From Eukaryota sp. GEM-RC1 (lineage: Eukaryota): 64,000 nt of DNA. The notes under the pieces were generated by a model, which saw only the letters and a list, made by a program, of their open reading frames with translations, made no database searches and had not been told where the DNA came from. The stretch is taken from NCBI GenBank assembly GCA_040285855.1, contig JAUFOQ010000005.1, positions 992,001-1,056,000 of the forward strand, given 5' to 3'. Below, piece by piece: positions 39,920 to 52,464 of this stretch. A program made the translations under genes and the position numbers. Within the stretch, counting starts at the first letter, position 1; each line of letters begins with the position of its first letter.

Positions 39920-41037
39920 TTAAATTTTTGAAACAGGTTCTGACATTACTTCAGGTTCACTCATGGACTTAACCTCTTTGATTCCACTTTTAATATCACG
40001 ATACATTCTAGTTGTATAACAGACAATCAAAGCTAATCCAGCAAGGACTGACAGTGATCCGGCAATGAACATATTTCTGATAGAACTAGAACGGTGATTA
40101 TCAACGTCAAACTTAACAATGTTGTCCTCATCACCACCTTCTAAAACATAGTAATGATTTGGTTCAACTGTAATCAAATGTTCTTTGAAGTTCTGATTGA
40201 TCTTCATACATTGAGACAAATCAACATTAGTTAGAGAAAACCAAAAGTTGACATAGAATAGATGATCAACAGAATCTCGATTTTGAAAGATTACCAAATG
40301 GAAATCTTGGTCCTTGACTATTTGATAACAACCGCGTGGATAACAGATTTGTAAAAAAACACGATGTTTCAAAACATCCAGACCATATGGATGGAACTTA
40401 CCCACAATAGGTCCAACAGTCTTGGAGTCAGTTTAATCAAAAGAGAAATGAGAATGGGAGTTGACATTGAAGATGTAGTGTACATGGCCATTGGCTGGCA
40501 CTGTGAAGTTATAAAAGGAAGGACGATAGGACTGGTAGATGTAGCTGTCCCCAAAGACGTTAGTTTTCAAAGCAAGAGCCTCCCCACAAAGCCATAAGGA
40601 AAGGGTAGAGTTATGTCCGTCTACTTGTTGAATCTTAAGGGTTTGAGACATTCTTAGGACTGAGAGATCTAGAGTGGAATGAGGGATGATAGGGAACTCA
40701 GGAACAGGCAGACCCTTCCAATTAGCCCAGAAGAGAGCGCCTAAAATAGAGAAAGTTATCAGGAGAACTACTTCTAGGCAAGTGATGATCTTGATGAGAG
40801 AAAATGTACGTAGACTGTTCGATAGGCATGGGAAAGATATGATTGAGAGAATTTACTGTTCTTAAGTGACTGAAGACATACAATATTCTAATAGCTGAAT
40901 ACAGTTGCTCCAGCTGAAAAACATAAATCCACTTACAGCAAAGAAAACAGTAATCAGAGAAAGGCAACGAAAATGGGAATATGACGAATCCTGTACAATC
41001 TCATCAGGTCAACTGCTTGTAAACTCTTCCACTTCAT
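39920..41037 (-). CDS. Hypothetical membrane protein (N- and C-terminal TM segments)
   Basis: Four ORF pieces can be joined by putative GT-AG introns 40881-40856, 40771-40741 and 40465-40421 plus one homopolymer shift; start uncertain. Confidence 0.5.
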
Positions 41038-41169
41038 GTTGTAGGAACACAGGAAATGTCTAGCGATAGAGTCATAAGTTTGACCTAATCTAAAAGTGAT
41101 GATGGGAAATTGCCAACTAGAAACTGAACTGAAGGCCTTTTTGACGTTAAATTCCTCAACATAACCACA

Positions 41170-41502
41170 ATGTCTTCCGGTGCCTGGACTTCTCAAGCTA
41201 CTGTCGCTTCTACTGATACTACTGGTGTCTCTCATATTCCAACTCTTGATGATGATGGAGATATCACAGGTCAAATCTCCAAGCCTGCCCCTGAAGCTCC
41301 CAAAGTCTACACTACAGAAGATCTCGACGAAATTGCTGCTTACAGTCTTCCCCCAATACCTTTCAATGACATTCCCTCTACCTCTGTAGCTTTCCTCACA
41401 GATGCCATTGATCCAGCTGTTGACGTATTCGAAGATGACGATGTTTGGGATGCTGAGAACTTGTTATCTGAGATTTCTAATCTATTTGAGACCACAACAT
41501 GA
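41170..41502 (+). CDS. IFT43: Intraflagellar transport protein 43
   Basis: IP.LDD..DIT.QI..P.....V.T..DLD.....LP and P..V.EDD.VWD.E.L.SEIS motifs. Confidence 0.8.
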   Translation: MSSGAWTSQATVASTDTTGVSHIPTLDDDGDITGQISKPAPEAPKVYTTEDLDEIAAYSLPPIPFNDIPSTSVAFLTDAIDPAVDVFEDDDVWDAENLLSEISNLFETTT

Positions 41503-41570
41503 CATTGTAAATAACAAACTATATTTTAGTTATGCCAATGCATTAACTATTTCTAAAAAAATCTAAAATA

Positions 41571-43237
41571 CTAATCACTAAGCTCATCAGAGTCGGGATC
41601 ATCAAGACACAACTCAATTCCATCACCAATCATGACTGTGTGATTAGTATGAGCGATGACGTCAACATCTTCTTCCATTTTTGTTTCTATTGTATTATCT
41701 TCTAATAAACTAGGTTCTGTAACATAATGTAATTGCTCAACCATTGGCTCCACAGCTTCAACATTGCTTGTATCAGTCACTGTTTGATTAACATCCTTAC
41801 GGAAGGCATTACCAACATTACTTTCCATTGAATCTTCTTTAATAGTAGAAACCAACTCTTTTGGTTTAATTTCTGGTTCAACTAAATGTTGAAGAATGAC
41901 TTTTTCTGTTTGAATAGTGACACTGATGGGGTGGAAAACTGACTTTAGCCAGGTAAAGTTTCTAGGATCAGCTGCAGCTACTCCGAAGCAGTTCAAAGAA
42001 GTTGCAAGTTGAGGGTTTGAAACAACAAAGTTCCATGAGGGGAGAGTTTTTCTAGATATTTGGTACAAATGTCGATGGCAATGACTGTAAACAACCGACA
42101 AATAATCAATCTCGCGAGGACTGAGAGTTGATTGATTTTTTTGAAGAATACGTATAAAGATAGGGGCGACGATCTTGGCAGTTAAGCTAGGAGAGAGACA
42201 AGTGAAGGATTGGAGAGAAGACATGAGTTTAGGAGAGATGGGAATGAATTTGAAAAGGAAGTGAAGGGAGCTGATGACGTTTACACAGACACCGGCACGA
42301 CTGCCTAAAGAGCTCATAATAGAGCTCAAAAGACAAGACTTTCGTTGATTAAAATGAGTGAAAAGGGGTCAAAATCAGATTTGACAGCAAGTTCACGGAA
42401 TAAAAGACCAATCAAATCAAGAATTGAGGCATAATCAACGGCCAATCCTGACTTGCATAACGTCTTAATCAACTCAAAATTAAATAATGTAAAAGAGATC
42501 GCTTCGATAAAGGAAGGAGGCGAATCAGAAGGCAAGAATCTCGAAGACTCTGGTTTAAGATCAAATGAAGGGGATACATAGACGTGGAAGAGAGAGGACA
42601 ATGAATGAAGACAATTAAGGAGGAGGGAATCGATGGTTTTAACGTCAACAAAACGTGACATCAATAGAGCTAGTTCCTGTGGGTTGTGAGAAGGGATCAT
42701 GAGTGTAAGAGACTCGATGATGCGATTGGTATGAGATAAGTTGAAGAAGGTGGGGATTTGAGTGACTAGAATGGAGAGAGATTTGAAGAGAGCAGATGAC
42801 GGGCAGGCTTTGAGGGTGGACAGGATCGAGGAAGAAACAGAAGGAGACAGAGATTCTGAAAAGAGTTTGTTGGGAAGAGCAGAGGAGATGATGGCTTTGT
42901 GGAGTGCTGTAAGTAGAGAGATAGCAGCAGAGGCCACCAGAGAGTTAGGGAAGGAGATACATGAGGTGACATGAGCGATCCATCCTGATATGTGAGTAGA
43001 TAGAACTTCAGGGCTACATAAAACAAGACTATGTTTAAGTAAAACACAACCTGTGAATCTTACTTGAGGAGTGTTTGAGTGCATCAGTGATTTAATGCTA
43101 GATAACCATTTTGACATCTGTTTTCCAGAGATATCATTAGGTGAAGTAGTGGAAAGATAAGAGAGTAAGAAGTCCAGAGCTCCAAAAGCAGTACTGTGAT
43201 CCTTAACGATGGGTAGAATAGATGACAAGGTGGACAT
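41571..43237 (-). CDS. RIX1/PELP1-like pre-rRNA processing protein
   Basis: KW.S.I.SL..S....RF.G..LL...L..C..E......W RIX1 N-domain; acidic tail ending DDPDSDE; two ORFs joined by a 1-nt shift at 42328-42331. Confidence 0.7.
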
Positions 43238-43278
43238 TTGGGGTGCTCTTTTCAAGATCAAATTGTTCAACCTAGACA

Positions 43279-43830
43279 ATGCCACTAAAACAAACATGTG
43301 ACGAACTCCTCAAACTCAGTGATCAGGTACTGGCTGACTTTCAATCTGTTATCAAGTTATCTCCATCATCAGATATTTCTTCATTAACTAATTCATTGTA
43401 TGAAAATGCTTCTCGATTTCTAGCACTGTCTCAATCATTGGAACCTGTACAATGTGATGTTCCTTCTTCTGTATTCCTTGGAATCCACTTACCTTCGACT
43501 TTTACTTCTTCTTCATCAGCCAACGTTCACACCATACGGATAGTAGATTTGTTGTCCATCCAATTTACTCTAACTTCTTCTAATACTATTCTCTCTCTTA
43601 CTGTTTTCACACTGACTGGTGATGTTGATGTCAATCTAACTTCGTCTTTGTCTTCCACTTGTTACTCAATGTCATTGCCTGAGTTTATTGAAGTGTTGAA
43701 GTTCCTCAGTGACCACTTGTATAAAGATCCTTGTGCTCTTTGTGGGTTGTTTACTGTTGATAATACTTTACCAGTGTTTATTGACTTTGAACGACGTCAA
43801 CTTTACCACTTGAAGTGTTCTAAGTTGTGA
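43279..43830 (+). CDS. MED27: Mediator subunit 27-like
   Basis: C-terminal L.FL..LY..PC..CG......LP...DF.....YH..C zinc motif typical of MED27. Confidence 0.65.
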   Translation: MPLKQTCDELLKLSDQVLADFQSVIKLSPSSDISSLTNSLYENASRFLALSQSLEPVQCDVPSSVFLGIHLPSTFTSSSSANVHTIRIVDLLSIQFTLTSSNTILSLTVFTLTGDVDVNLTSSLSSTCYSMSLPEFIEVLKFLSDHLYKDPCALCGLFTVDNTLPVFIDFERRQLYHLKCSKL

Positions 43831-44166
43831 GCTCTATTGAAAGTGATCTCTACTCTTGCGTCACGTGATTGTATACTTCAACAAGCTGATGTTACTGTCT
43901 TTGCGTGTGTTGTTTATATTCTTAGCAACAATATTTCTTGAATCTCTAGAAATTTTGGACTACTGTACTTGTATTGAAAGATTAACCTTAAGGATACTAG
44001 AGCTCCAAAACGAGTTGAAAAGGTTGTGTTAATGCACACATGAATAGTCAGAATTGTCTTAATGGTTTGTTGTTAGAACTAACAAATAAAAAATGATAGG
44101 ATCCATGATAAACACAAATATTAAATTGCATTTAGAAATTCGAATTTTTCCAAGAATTTTTTTCAC

Positions 44167-45657
44167 TTATACACCAAGTAAACATACTTCTTTGTGTTTT
44201 TCCATAGAATATGCATACATGACATTGGTTGATTCTTTGCGGAATTTGAGTAATGTTTCCAGATGTTTACAATGTGTTTTCTTTCCCTTTAAATACGCAA
44301 TAATTACCCAAAAAGAGACACATATAACGAAGAACACAATTAAGCTTATGTCCATCCACATAAAGTACTCAAGTCCACATGGAAACTTGACAAAAAGAGT
44401 AGAAAAGTAAAAAATGAACAAATAGGAAAAGAAATAATACCTGTTTTGAGATAAATACTCTTCAAATGATCCATGTGGTAAGTAGATGAAGGTAAACGTG
44501 AACACTTTCTTAAACTGTAAGACAAATACTTACCATAAAGATATACTAAAGGAAATGAAACTAAACCAAAACTTGGAACATAGAATTGAGCTGTGAAACT
44601 CAAGACAAAATAGTAAAAGACTTTAGATTGACTCAGAGGTAAGTCAAACAAAGGCTTTTCAAATGACTTACTTAAAGACCTAAACTTGTACCAAACGAAA
44701 GGAAAAATAACATCAAAAAAGAATGTTAATAGAAACAAATAGAAGATGTAAATACGTAAAAAAAACGGGAAAGCAGTTAAACTCTAAAACTAATATCGGA
44801 GCTGAAAAAAAGCCCAATTTTAAAATCAACAAGTACCAGACTCTGATAGAATCTCTCTGTGGAGCCCGCACACCTGACGTTGTAGAGTATAACGACTTTC
44901 TTCCAAGAAAATTAAATAAACAAACTAAAATAGCAAGTGGAAACTGCGAAAATAGATTTTCTCGAAGGACTCCCATGATGAGAAGCGAGACAATGAGTAT
45001 AAAAACCATAAATAGCATAAAAGTCAGAAAAATAAGATTAGCCCACTCGACTTTTGGATGGTCATCACTTTCCTTTCGAAAAGGGAAAGTATCTGATTGA
45101 TTGTCTTCTATTGATTCTTTCAATTGATTAGATAAATTGTTTCGAAAGTGGTTCACATCTGATTTAGCAGTATTGTTCCACTTGTAACTAAAAATAGCAT
45201 TAAATGACTTTAAACAGTCAACGTTGTTATCATCGTTTATGCTATGCTCACGTTCTAGGTATGAGGATATAGTGAAAAACAATCGGATAGGAAACACTGA
45301 GACGAAAAATAAACAAACAACGTGGTTAAGAAAATAATACAACAAGTTCTGTAGATCAAAATCACTTAGGAAATAATCTATTCCGATAGGAACATTGAAA
45401 GCCGAGAAAGGAAAGGTATATGAAAGGACCAGAAAAGAAAAGAGGAACAATATTAACAACAAGATGACGCACCGAGAGATCTGAAGAAAGAGATGTCCAA
45501 AGACAGATCCGAGTACAGTATTCGAATGGTAAATTTGAGCAGCAAAGAGATTGATTCTATGAGGGAGGTCAGTTTTGAAGACAGCCAGAAAAGCAGATGG
45601 TATAACAACGTCTTCAGAAGTGGAATTCGAGTGATGCGTTTTAAAACGAGGATCCAT
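44167..45657 (-). CDS. Divergent short TMC (transmembrane channel-like) paralog 1
   Basis: LGSVFGHLF, FNAIFSYKW, KPLFDLP..KV.Y...QFY.P...Y.KY...SL.KC..P and FPCG motifs; 1-nt shifts at 44758-44765 and 44427-44430. Confidence 0.65.
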
Positions 45658-46689
45658 TGATGATACTTTGGGTAAGAAAGAGCGATGTGAAGTCAAAGTC
45701 AATTTGTGACTTTTCTGGTTGAAATTTTGAAACGGTTTCTGGTGGATGCTACTATGCAGTGGAATTACTCTGTTGAATTCCAGTAGTTGTCGGTGGCTTC
45801 GGTCTGCTTAAGACCTGGTATCATCTTTGTCTCCTCAAGGGGGTCTTCATACTCCGCGAAAAGCTCCAACATTCCCAGTATGACTGTCAAATTGAAGAAT
45901 TAAATCGAAAATTGATTTCCAAAGTTATGTCTAAACTTTGTAATGTTTCTCTTTTAGATCGATTAGTGCTGCTGGTGATTAATTTTTGAAGGAATTTGAA
46001 AAACTGTGTAGATAAACACAGCGTAAGTTGAAGATGACAGAATACACAAACCGTGCGTGTGTTTTCCATTTATCCGAATATGCATCTCGACTTCTATCGA
46101 TTAGTTGAGAATCTGTACAGGTTTCGTGTGAAGGTTGATGTTGAAAAACGTACTTTCTTACAGGAAAGGGTTGAAGTCGTGTGGATTTAGTATTGATTCA
46201 ATGTACAGTGATTTGTTGTACCTTTTTTATTTATTTTATCCGTACGGATTTCATTTAATGTTACATATATCCCTTTTACTGAACAACATAAAACACTTTT
46301 AAAAATAATGTTTCCAAATTGGAGGATTATCCATTCATCAATCCAATTTGTAAGCCTTCAATAAATACTCAAAGCCTTTTTTTGAAGGCTATGTCACAAG
46401 TCAAATTAGACTCAAACGCTGAAGAGATTAGAATCTATCTCATGACACAAACAGATCACTTGTTTTGACCTAGAATGAGTACAATTTATTTTTCCCATTT
46501 ATTTATCATTTATTTTTCAGTTTTCTTCTAACGAATGGAAAAATTGTAACAACAGAGTTGTTAAACTTTATAATTCTATTATTCATAATTAACAATATAT
46601 AATTGTAAATTCAAGTTGTATTTTTTCAACAAAAATCAATTATTTATTAACCACAACAACACTCTTCATACATCTAATGATCAATAGTC

Positions 46690-48100
46690 CTCAAAGTCCT
46701 ATTGTGCCTATAAAGAAATTCTCACCTGCCTTATTCTCATAATGTCTGCTAAGAGATAATGAAGCATTATAGTTGAAACATAAGTCACCATACCATATAA
46801 AATTTCAAACAAAATTAGATTTTTCTAAAATCTGAGATCAAAAGTCTTGTATTTTTTTTCTTTTACAATCTTCACAAAGATTTCATTTGATGATGTTGCA
46901 AATTCACCTGAAGAACCGTACAGTCATAATAAAAAAGGGTACAACAGGTAATTCGAGTTTGAAATCGAATTCAATAGTTTCCATTAAACAGAATGTTTTT
47001 CCGTTTAAAATTTTCCACTTGTCAGCAGAGGGTTTTTAGCATTAGATTTAGCAAGTTTCTTGTTGGAATCGTTACAAACATCGATAGACATAACATCACC
47101 AATAATGAAAGATCCGTCGAGACCAGGAAATATGATATCACCACGGCTAATTCCAAACGATTTGTCAACATCTGTATCATCAAACAAACCAGACAGAACT
47201 GGTTCTAAAAAGGAAATTATTCCATAAGATCTACACTTACAATATAATTGACCCCTTACAGAATCGTGAACCTTACTTGTAGAAGAAATAAAACGGTTAC
47301 AATTCTATAAACGTGTAGGTGTTACACATTGCTCACACTGGCATTTCAAATTATGTGGAAGGTTATCAGGCCAAATATATGACCGTAAACGCATGTTTTA
47401 TGACCAAGAGTTATCATCAAGAAAAAGACCGTAAACTTAAGGGATTTGAGTAATCAGACACGAAGCAGAAGTATTAGTAACATCCGTTCAGAAATTTGCA
47501 AAAGCGCGATTTTGTTCTTTTGCATGCAAAGTCGAACATTATAATTCAAGCTTTCCAAAATATTTGTGAGTTTCTGTTGTAATTTTTTCAGACAGAACTG
47601 AAGATTAGTCAAACATCTTTCAGGTATTTCAGACACAAATTCTGGGAAACACTGAGACCAAACGTCAAAAGGTAGTATGATTAACGCTTCGTTTAAGTCA
47701 AATAAATATTTACATGAATTGGGGTTAATAAGTGATATCTCATTAGGAAGTCGATTAACAAATTCTAAAATGAAATTTTTTCCGCCCCCTAAAAAAGAAG
47801 ATTTGCAAAGAATTGAAGATTTGGTAAAACCAACACCACCAAAATGAGCAGCAGTAAACAAATGACTTCTAAGTAACGTTGAATCAACTTCTAACAATGA
47901 AGCAAAAAAGTTAATCCTCAACTCATGAAAAGATCTACAAAAGTTCAGTACATGTTTTCCCACAGTTTGAAAAAACCAAAATCTAATTCTTGGGCCTCAG
48001 AATTGGATTTTCCCACCCACACATTTCAACAAGTAGATGAAGGAAGAAAGGAGGATGTAAATTTTGTATTTTTCTGGGTCTTACTATTTTTTCATAGTAC
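46690..48100 (-). mobile_element. RLE non-LTR retrotransposon remnant (post-RT region, zinc finger, nuclease)
   Basis: HFGGVGF; LQQKL; VHDSVR; SRGDIIFP...DVMSIDVC; YPF; many stops and frameshifts. Confidence 0.75.
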
Positions 48101-48104
48101 AACC

Positions 48105-48240
48105 CAGGGCCTGGTAAAAAATATTTACATAAAATATACCAAACTTTTGCTTAAAAAATAAATACTAATAGCTACGATATTTATTTAACCAAAATAAATA
48201 TGAAAAATATTTACATATTTTCCGTTCTCCTAAAAAAATG
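48105..48240. mobile_element. Orphan left end of a hAT-type element
   Basis: CAGGGCCTGGTAAAAAATATTT resembles the TIR at 54664; AAATATTT repeats follow. Confidence 0.45.
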
Positions 48241-48424
48241 CTTTTGTTCATCATCAACGAATTTTATTAAACAACTAATCTAATAACTAATCACTTACAT
48301 CAATGACCCTTTCACAAGGGTTGTTCTTCCTCATTACAGCTCTATCGGTTTGGGATGAAGGAAAAGTTGTGTTTCCAATGACTAACATTTGACAGATAAA
48401 CTACTGTAAATACCAACCAAGTTT

Positions 48425-48530
48425 AGTGTGAACAATTGCGATCACACATCACAATTGTGATCATAATAATCCGCCCTTTGCTACACTTTGTGATCACGGT
48501 GATCACAGATGACAGTGTGATTTGTGAAGT
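48425..48530. repeat. Cluster of GTGATCAC-like palindromic repeats
   Basis: Repeated GATCAC/GTGATC within ~100 bp; likely a transposon subterminal array. Confidence 0.45.
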
Positions 48531-48784
48531 ACAACTATGTTTGACTTTGTGAGACCAAAATGAATCTTAAGAGCCAAATTTTATTTAAACCTTCACTAAT
48601 AATATTTTGTTCAAATTCCTAGTTTGAAATGGAAAATAAACTACATGTATCTTCAGTAGAATTTAATTGAAACTGAAACATCGTTGTGACACCAAAATTC
48701 AAAAATGTACTTCTGTTAATGCACACTTTTGGTTGGCCTTCACAGGAGAGTTATAGTCGACGACTGACGTTAAGCTCGATTGAA

Positions 48785-50298
48785 CTAGATGCCATAAACT
48801 CTTACCTTTTTGTCACTTCTCTTGTAATACTCATACAAGCTACTGGTTGACTCTTGACGAAGCTTTAGTAGTTTTTGAACTAGCTTGTAACGATAAATCC
48901 CCACCATGGAAAATGCAACTAATCCTAGGGATACTGTGAATGCATTCATTCGTACTGGAGACGTAAAGTCGCTAATTTCCGACCACTTTCTGCCTTGAAA
49001 AAGTCCACAAGGAAACCGAGTAGCCAAAGAAATGAAGAAAAAAAAGAACAAATAACAAAGAGAAATGCAAAAACTGTGGAAAAACAACTTTTCAATTCAT
49101 CCTCATTGTAAGTAGCTGAAGACAAACGTGAACACTTTCTTAAACTGTAAGACAAATACTTACCATAAAGATATACTAAAGGAAATGAAATGATAGCAAA
49201 AGTAGGAATATAGAATTGAGCTGTGAAACTCAAGACAAAATAGTAAAAGACTTTAGATTGACTCAGAGGTAAATCAAACAAAGGCTTTTCAAATGATTTA
49301 CTTAAAGACCTAAACTTGTACCAAAAGAAAGGAAAAATAACATCAAAAAAGAAAGTTAGCAAGAATAAAACGAAAATATAAATAGAGAACTCAATAGGAA
49401 AACATCCCGAAGACATGTCCGAAAAAGGAAGTAAAGAATGAGAAAAGAAGCACAACTTTAAAGTATACAGGTACAAGACTCTGAAATCTCTCTCAGGAGC
49501 TAGTACCTCTTTAGTAACAAAATACAGTGTCTTTTTCCCCAGAACATTGAACATGCAAACCAAAAGTGGAAGGTACAGATATCTCACAAGATTACCACGA
49601 GAGACAAACAAACGATTAGTCGGAAAGATACCAAAAATAGTCATGATAAAAAACAAAAGCAAAGGCATTGAAACAATATAAACCCATTTAAGTTTTGGAA
49701 AGTGAACGTTATCCTTTTGAGAAGTAAGCGAGTGTTCTTCTTTCAGTTGTTCCGACAACTTGTTAGTAAAGTATTCCACATCAAACTTACCGGTATAATT
49801 CCATCGGTAACTAAAAATAGCATTGAAAGACTTTAGACAGTTCAGATCATTAACACTGTTGATACTGTCTTCACGTATTTTCCGACATGTCATGGATGTT
49901 AAACGAAACACAAGGAAAACAGAAAAAAGATAGATACATGCAACACAGTTAACAATATGGTAACTGTCTTTCGTGAGATCTGAAGCACGAAGAATGTGAA
50001 AGAACCCATTGGTAAAATGAAAGGATGATGAAAGAAGCAACATAAGGAAAGTTAAAACAGAAATGAGCAACAAAACACCTAAAAGTACGCAAAAACCACT
50101 GAGTTGAAGAAAGAGTTGACCAAACATCTCCCCAAATGTATTCCTCGAATAGTGACAATCATCAGCAAAGGGAACTAGTCGAGCAGCGACATGAGTAGGG
50201 ATAACAGAGAGACAAACATCAGATGTATCAGACACATGAGAAGAGGAAGAACAAAAATGAGGATACGACTGTTTTGATGAACTAGCAGTGATAGTCAT
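48785..50298 (-). CDS. Divergent short TMC-like paralog 2
   Basis: FGEMFGQLF, FNAIFSYRW, KPLFDLP, FPCGLF motifs; 1-nt shift at 49069-49073. Confidence 0.65.
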
Positions 50299-50625
50299 GA
50301 AAATCGGGTCTATAGAATGTACAACGAAAATTTTCTCTGCCGTGGAACTAGAAGTATAGACATGTCCAAATTAGTCTAATTATCAACTATAATATCCAAA
50401 CGAAGATACTGAAGTACGAGAATGAAGATAGTGACACCGTAGACACCATTTGTCTTTTTGGGACAGTTGTGGTCAGCAAATGGTAGCCATTCTCAATTAG
50501 ATTGGGGGCTTCGAATGTCTGAAACAGGACCTATGTCGGTACATGTAGAAACTTATGAGCTAGACTCCTAAGACCTGCGATAAGACGAGTAATTAGACAA
50601 TAATTATTGATACACAGTATAAAGA

Positions 50626-51331
50626 AGGGATGGTGGCCGGCCCACTTTTTACTTTCGGCCCGGCCATTCCCTTCTGGCCGGCCGGTCCTGGCCGAAATGC
50701 ACAACAAACCGGCCGGCGGGCTTATCAGCCGACCCAATAACTCAAATTATTACATTTGAGTAACTTCTTGTTTAAACTGTGTAAATCTTTGTGTTCTTGG
50801 TTTCTTGTTGGTTGTTTATGTTCATAAACTCTATTTTAAATTGACTTCAACACTAATTTATTGTAGAAACTTACCAAAAACTACAATGTTATAATACAAG
50901 ACATCATGCAATGTTAATCGCTTGCCGAAAGTGTTGTGCTAGATTTTCCGGAAGCATTTTCTTTAAAACTGAAGAAGGAAGAGATGAAGCAGATAGAATA
51001 GGAGCAGAAGAAAACGGAATAGAATCGAAAAAGAAGCACAGATTGTAATTGGATATTAGTATCTGTAGAGGATATTATTCCTTTTGGTAAGAATCATTAG
51101 GTGAGGACGTATGTGAACACAGAGAGGTGAAACAATCTAAAAACTAAAAGAAATCCACACGTAGAAGCCTTTTTAATATTGATCTTACTAATAGAAATCT
51201 CAACTGTTTACGTTTCAAAATGATGATGACATCAAAGAAATAGTGTTTCAGATGAATATCTAAAGCGAGTTTATCAACATATAATTCTACTTTGAGCCGG
51301 CTTGGACCGGCCATCAACAACTTAGGGAACG
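50626..51331. mobile_element. Degenerate TIR element with GGCCGG subterminal repeats
   Basis: GC island of GGCCGG repeats at 50635-50735 and an inverted counterpart CCGGCCATC at ~51295-51325; TIRs degenerate, no TSD. Confidence 0.35.
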
Positions 51332-51699
51332 CCGCCAACCCTAGTAAAAAGGGAAAGATGTTTATAAATGAATTATACTGACTACGTACAAATACTGACA
51401 AATTGTTAGCCAACAATACATTGCAAATTTTTGTTACATGTCTTACATACAAAGTATTTTTTTGAACCTCAATTTAGACCCAATAGGAAGTTTTTTCAAC
51501 ATTTCCAACTAAGAATTTGGTTGTACTTGGCTCAATGTACGCCATCGATTAAGCTATGATATAGTAAAGATTGCTGACTTAGCATAATTACTTAGACGGC
51601 TAAAGCTTACTTTACTCCTATCTCCCGAGACTCATCTCAATCAATTGAATTCTTTGATAGTAAATAACTTGAGTATAATGATGATGAAGAAATTGCTGA

Positions 51700-52118
51700 A
51701 CGGCCTGGACCTGTGGTCCTCTGTTTAAAGATGTCTTTAATCGAATGAGACGTGATGTTGTTATTGCAATTGAAAGCATTCCATCAACATCAAATGTTGT
51801 AGAACGACTTTCCAGTAAAACTCGAATGTCATAAGAGTTGTCAAACCAAAACTTATCTGATCGACCACTTGTCATTGAAGTATTCCATTCAAAAAAAAAG
51901 AGAGTAAACAGAGAGTTTTGGAAACATTAGTTGGGTTCACAAGATAGTTAATCAGAAATAAGTACACTAAGATAATAACTAATGATGATCTTATGAGTTA
52001 TTCATGGAATAAATACAATAAATGATCTACTCAACTATATTTACTAGTATAATGCTTCCAATTATTGCAATTATTGTAGTATTGCAATACTGTATTGTAA
52101 ATCTTTTGACAGCCCCTG
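51700..52118 (+). mobile_element. hAT transposase 3' remnant with right end
   Basis: SIPSTSNVVERLSS motif; TATTGCAAT repeats; terminus TTTTGACAGCCCCTG. Confidence 0.55.
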
Positions 52119-52464
52119 ACAAAACATCTAATTGCTGCTAGTCAATACGACTGGTAGTATTGTTTCCTGTTGATGTTTCGAAATTTACAGTCCGTATTGC
52201 CTTAATAAGAAACAAAAAGGTGTAATGAAATCGTTTATGAGAATAGAATCATTAACATGTAATCTGCAGAGGTAATAAACAGTCAGTTAATCACAATCAA
52301 GTACAAAAGAATTTCTAAACTCAAACAAATGATTGAAAGTACTGTCCATTCAGTTCTATTCCATGAGATAACTCTTCAGCCACGCAATTCTCAAACGACC
52401 CAGTCATTACAATCCTTAATGTGATCTTCTGGGATATGTAAAACAAACTGTGACATCATTGGAA

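Noticed and set aside
28856..41010. Stop-codon reassignment (in-frame TGA at 28856 and ~41010, TAA at 40433, TAG at 27994)
   Set aside because: Each is explainable by an intron, uORF or frameshift; the Trp-rich giant ORF has no internal stops, and all three stops end genuine genes
45780..45890. GC-richer patch as a structured RNA gene
   Set aside because: No tRNA, 5S or snRNA hallmarks recognisable
51833..51846. AAGAGTTGTCAAAC as left partner of the TIR at 59124, implying a 7-kb element carrying a TMC-like gene
   Set aside because: Lies within a transposase coding remnant, and lacks subterminal repeats and a matching TSD
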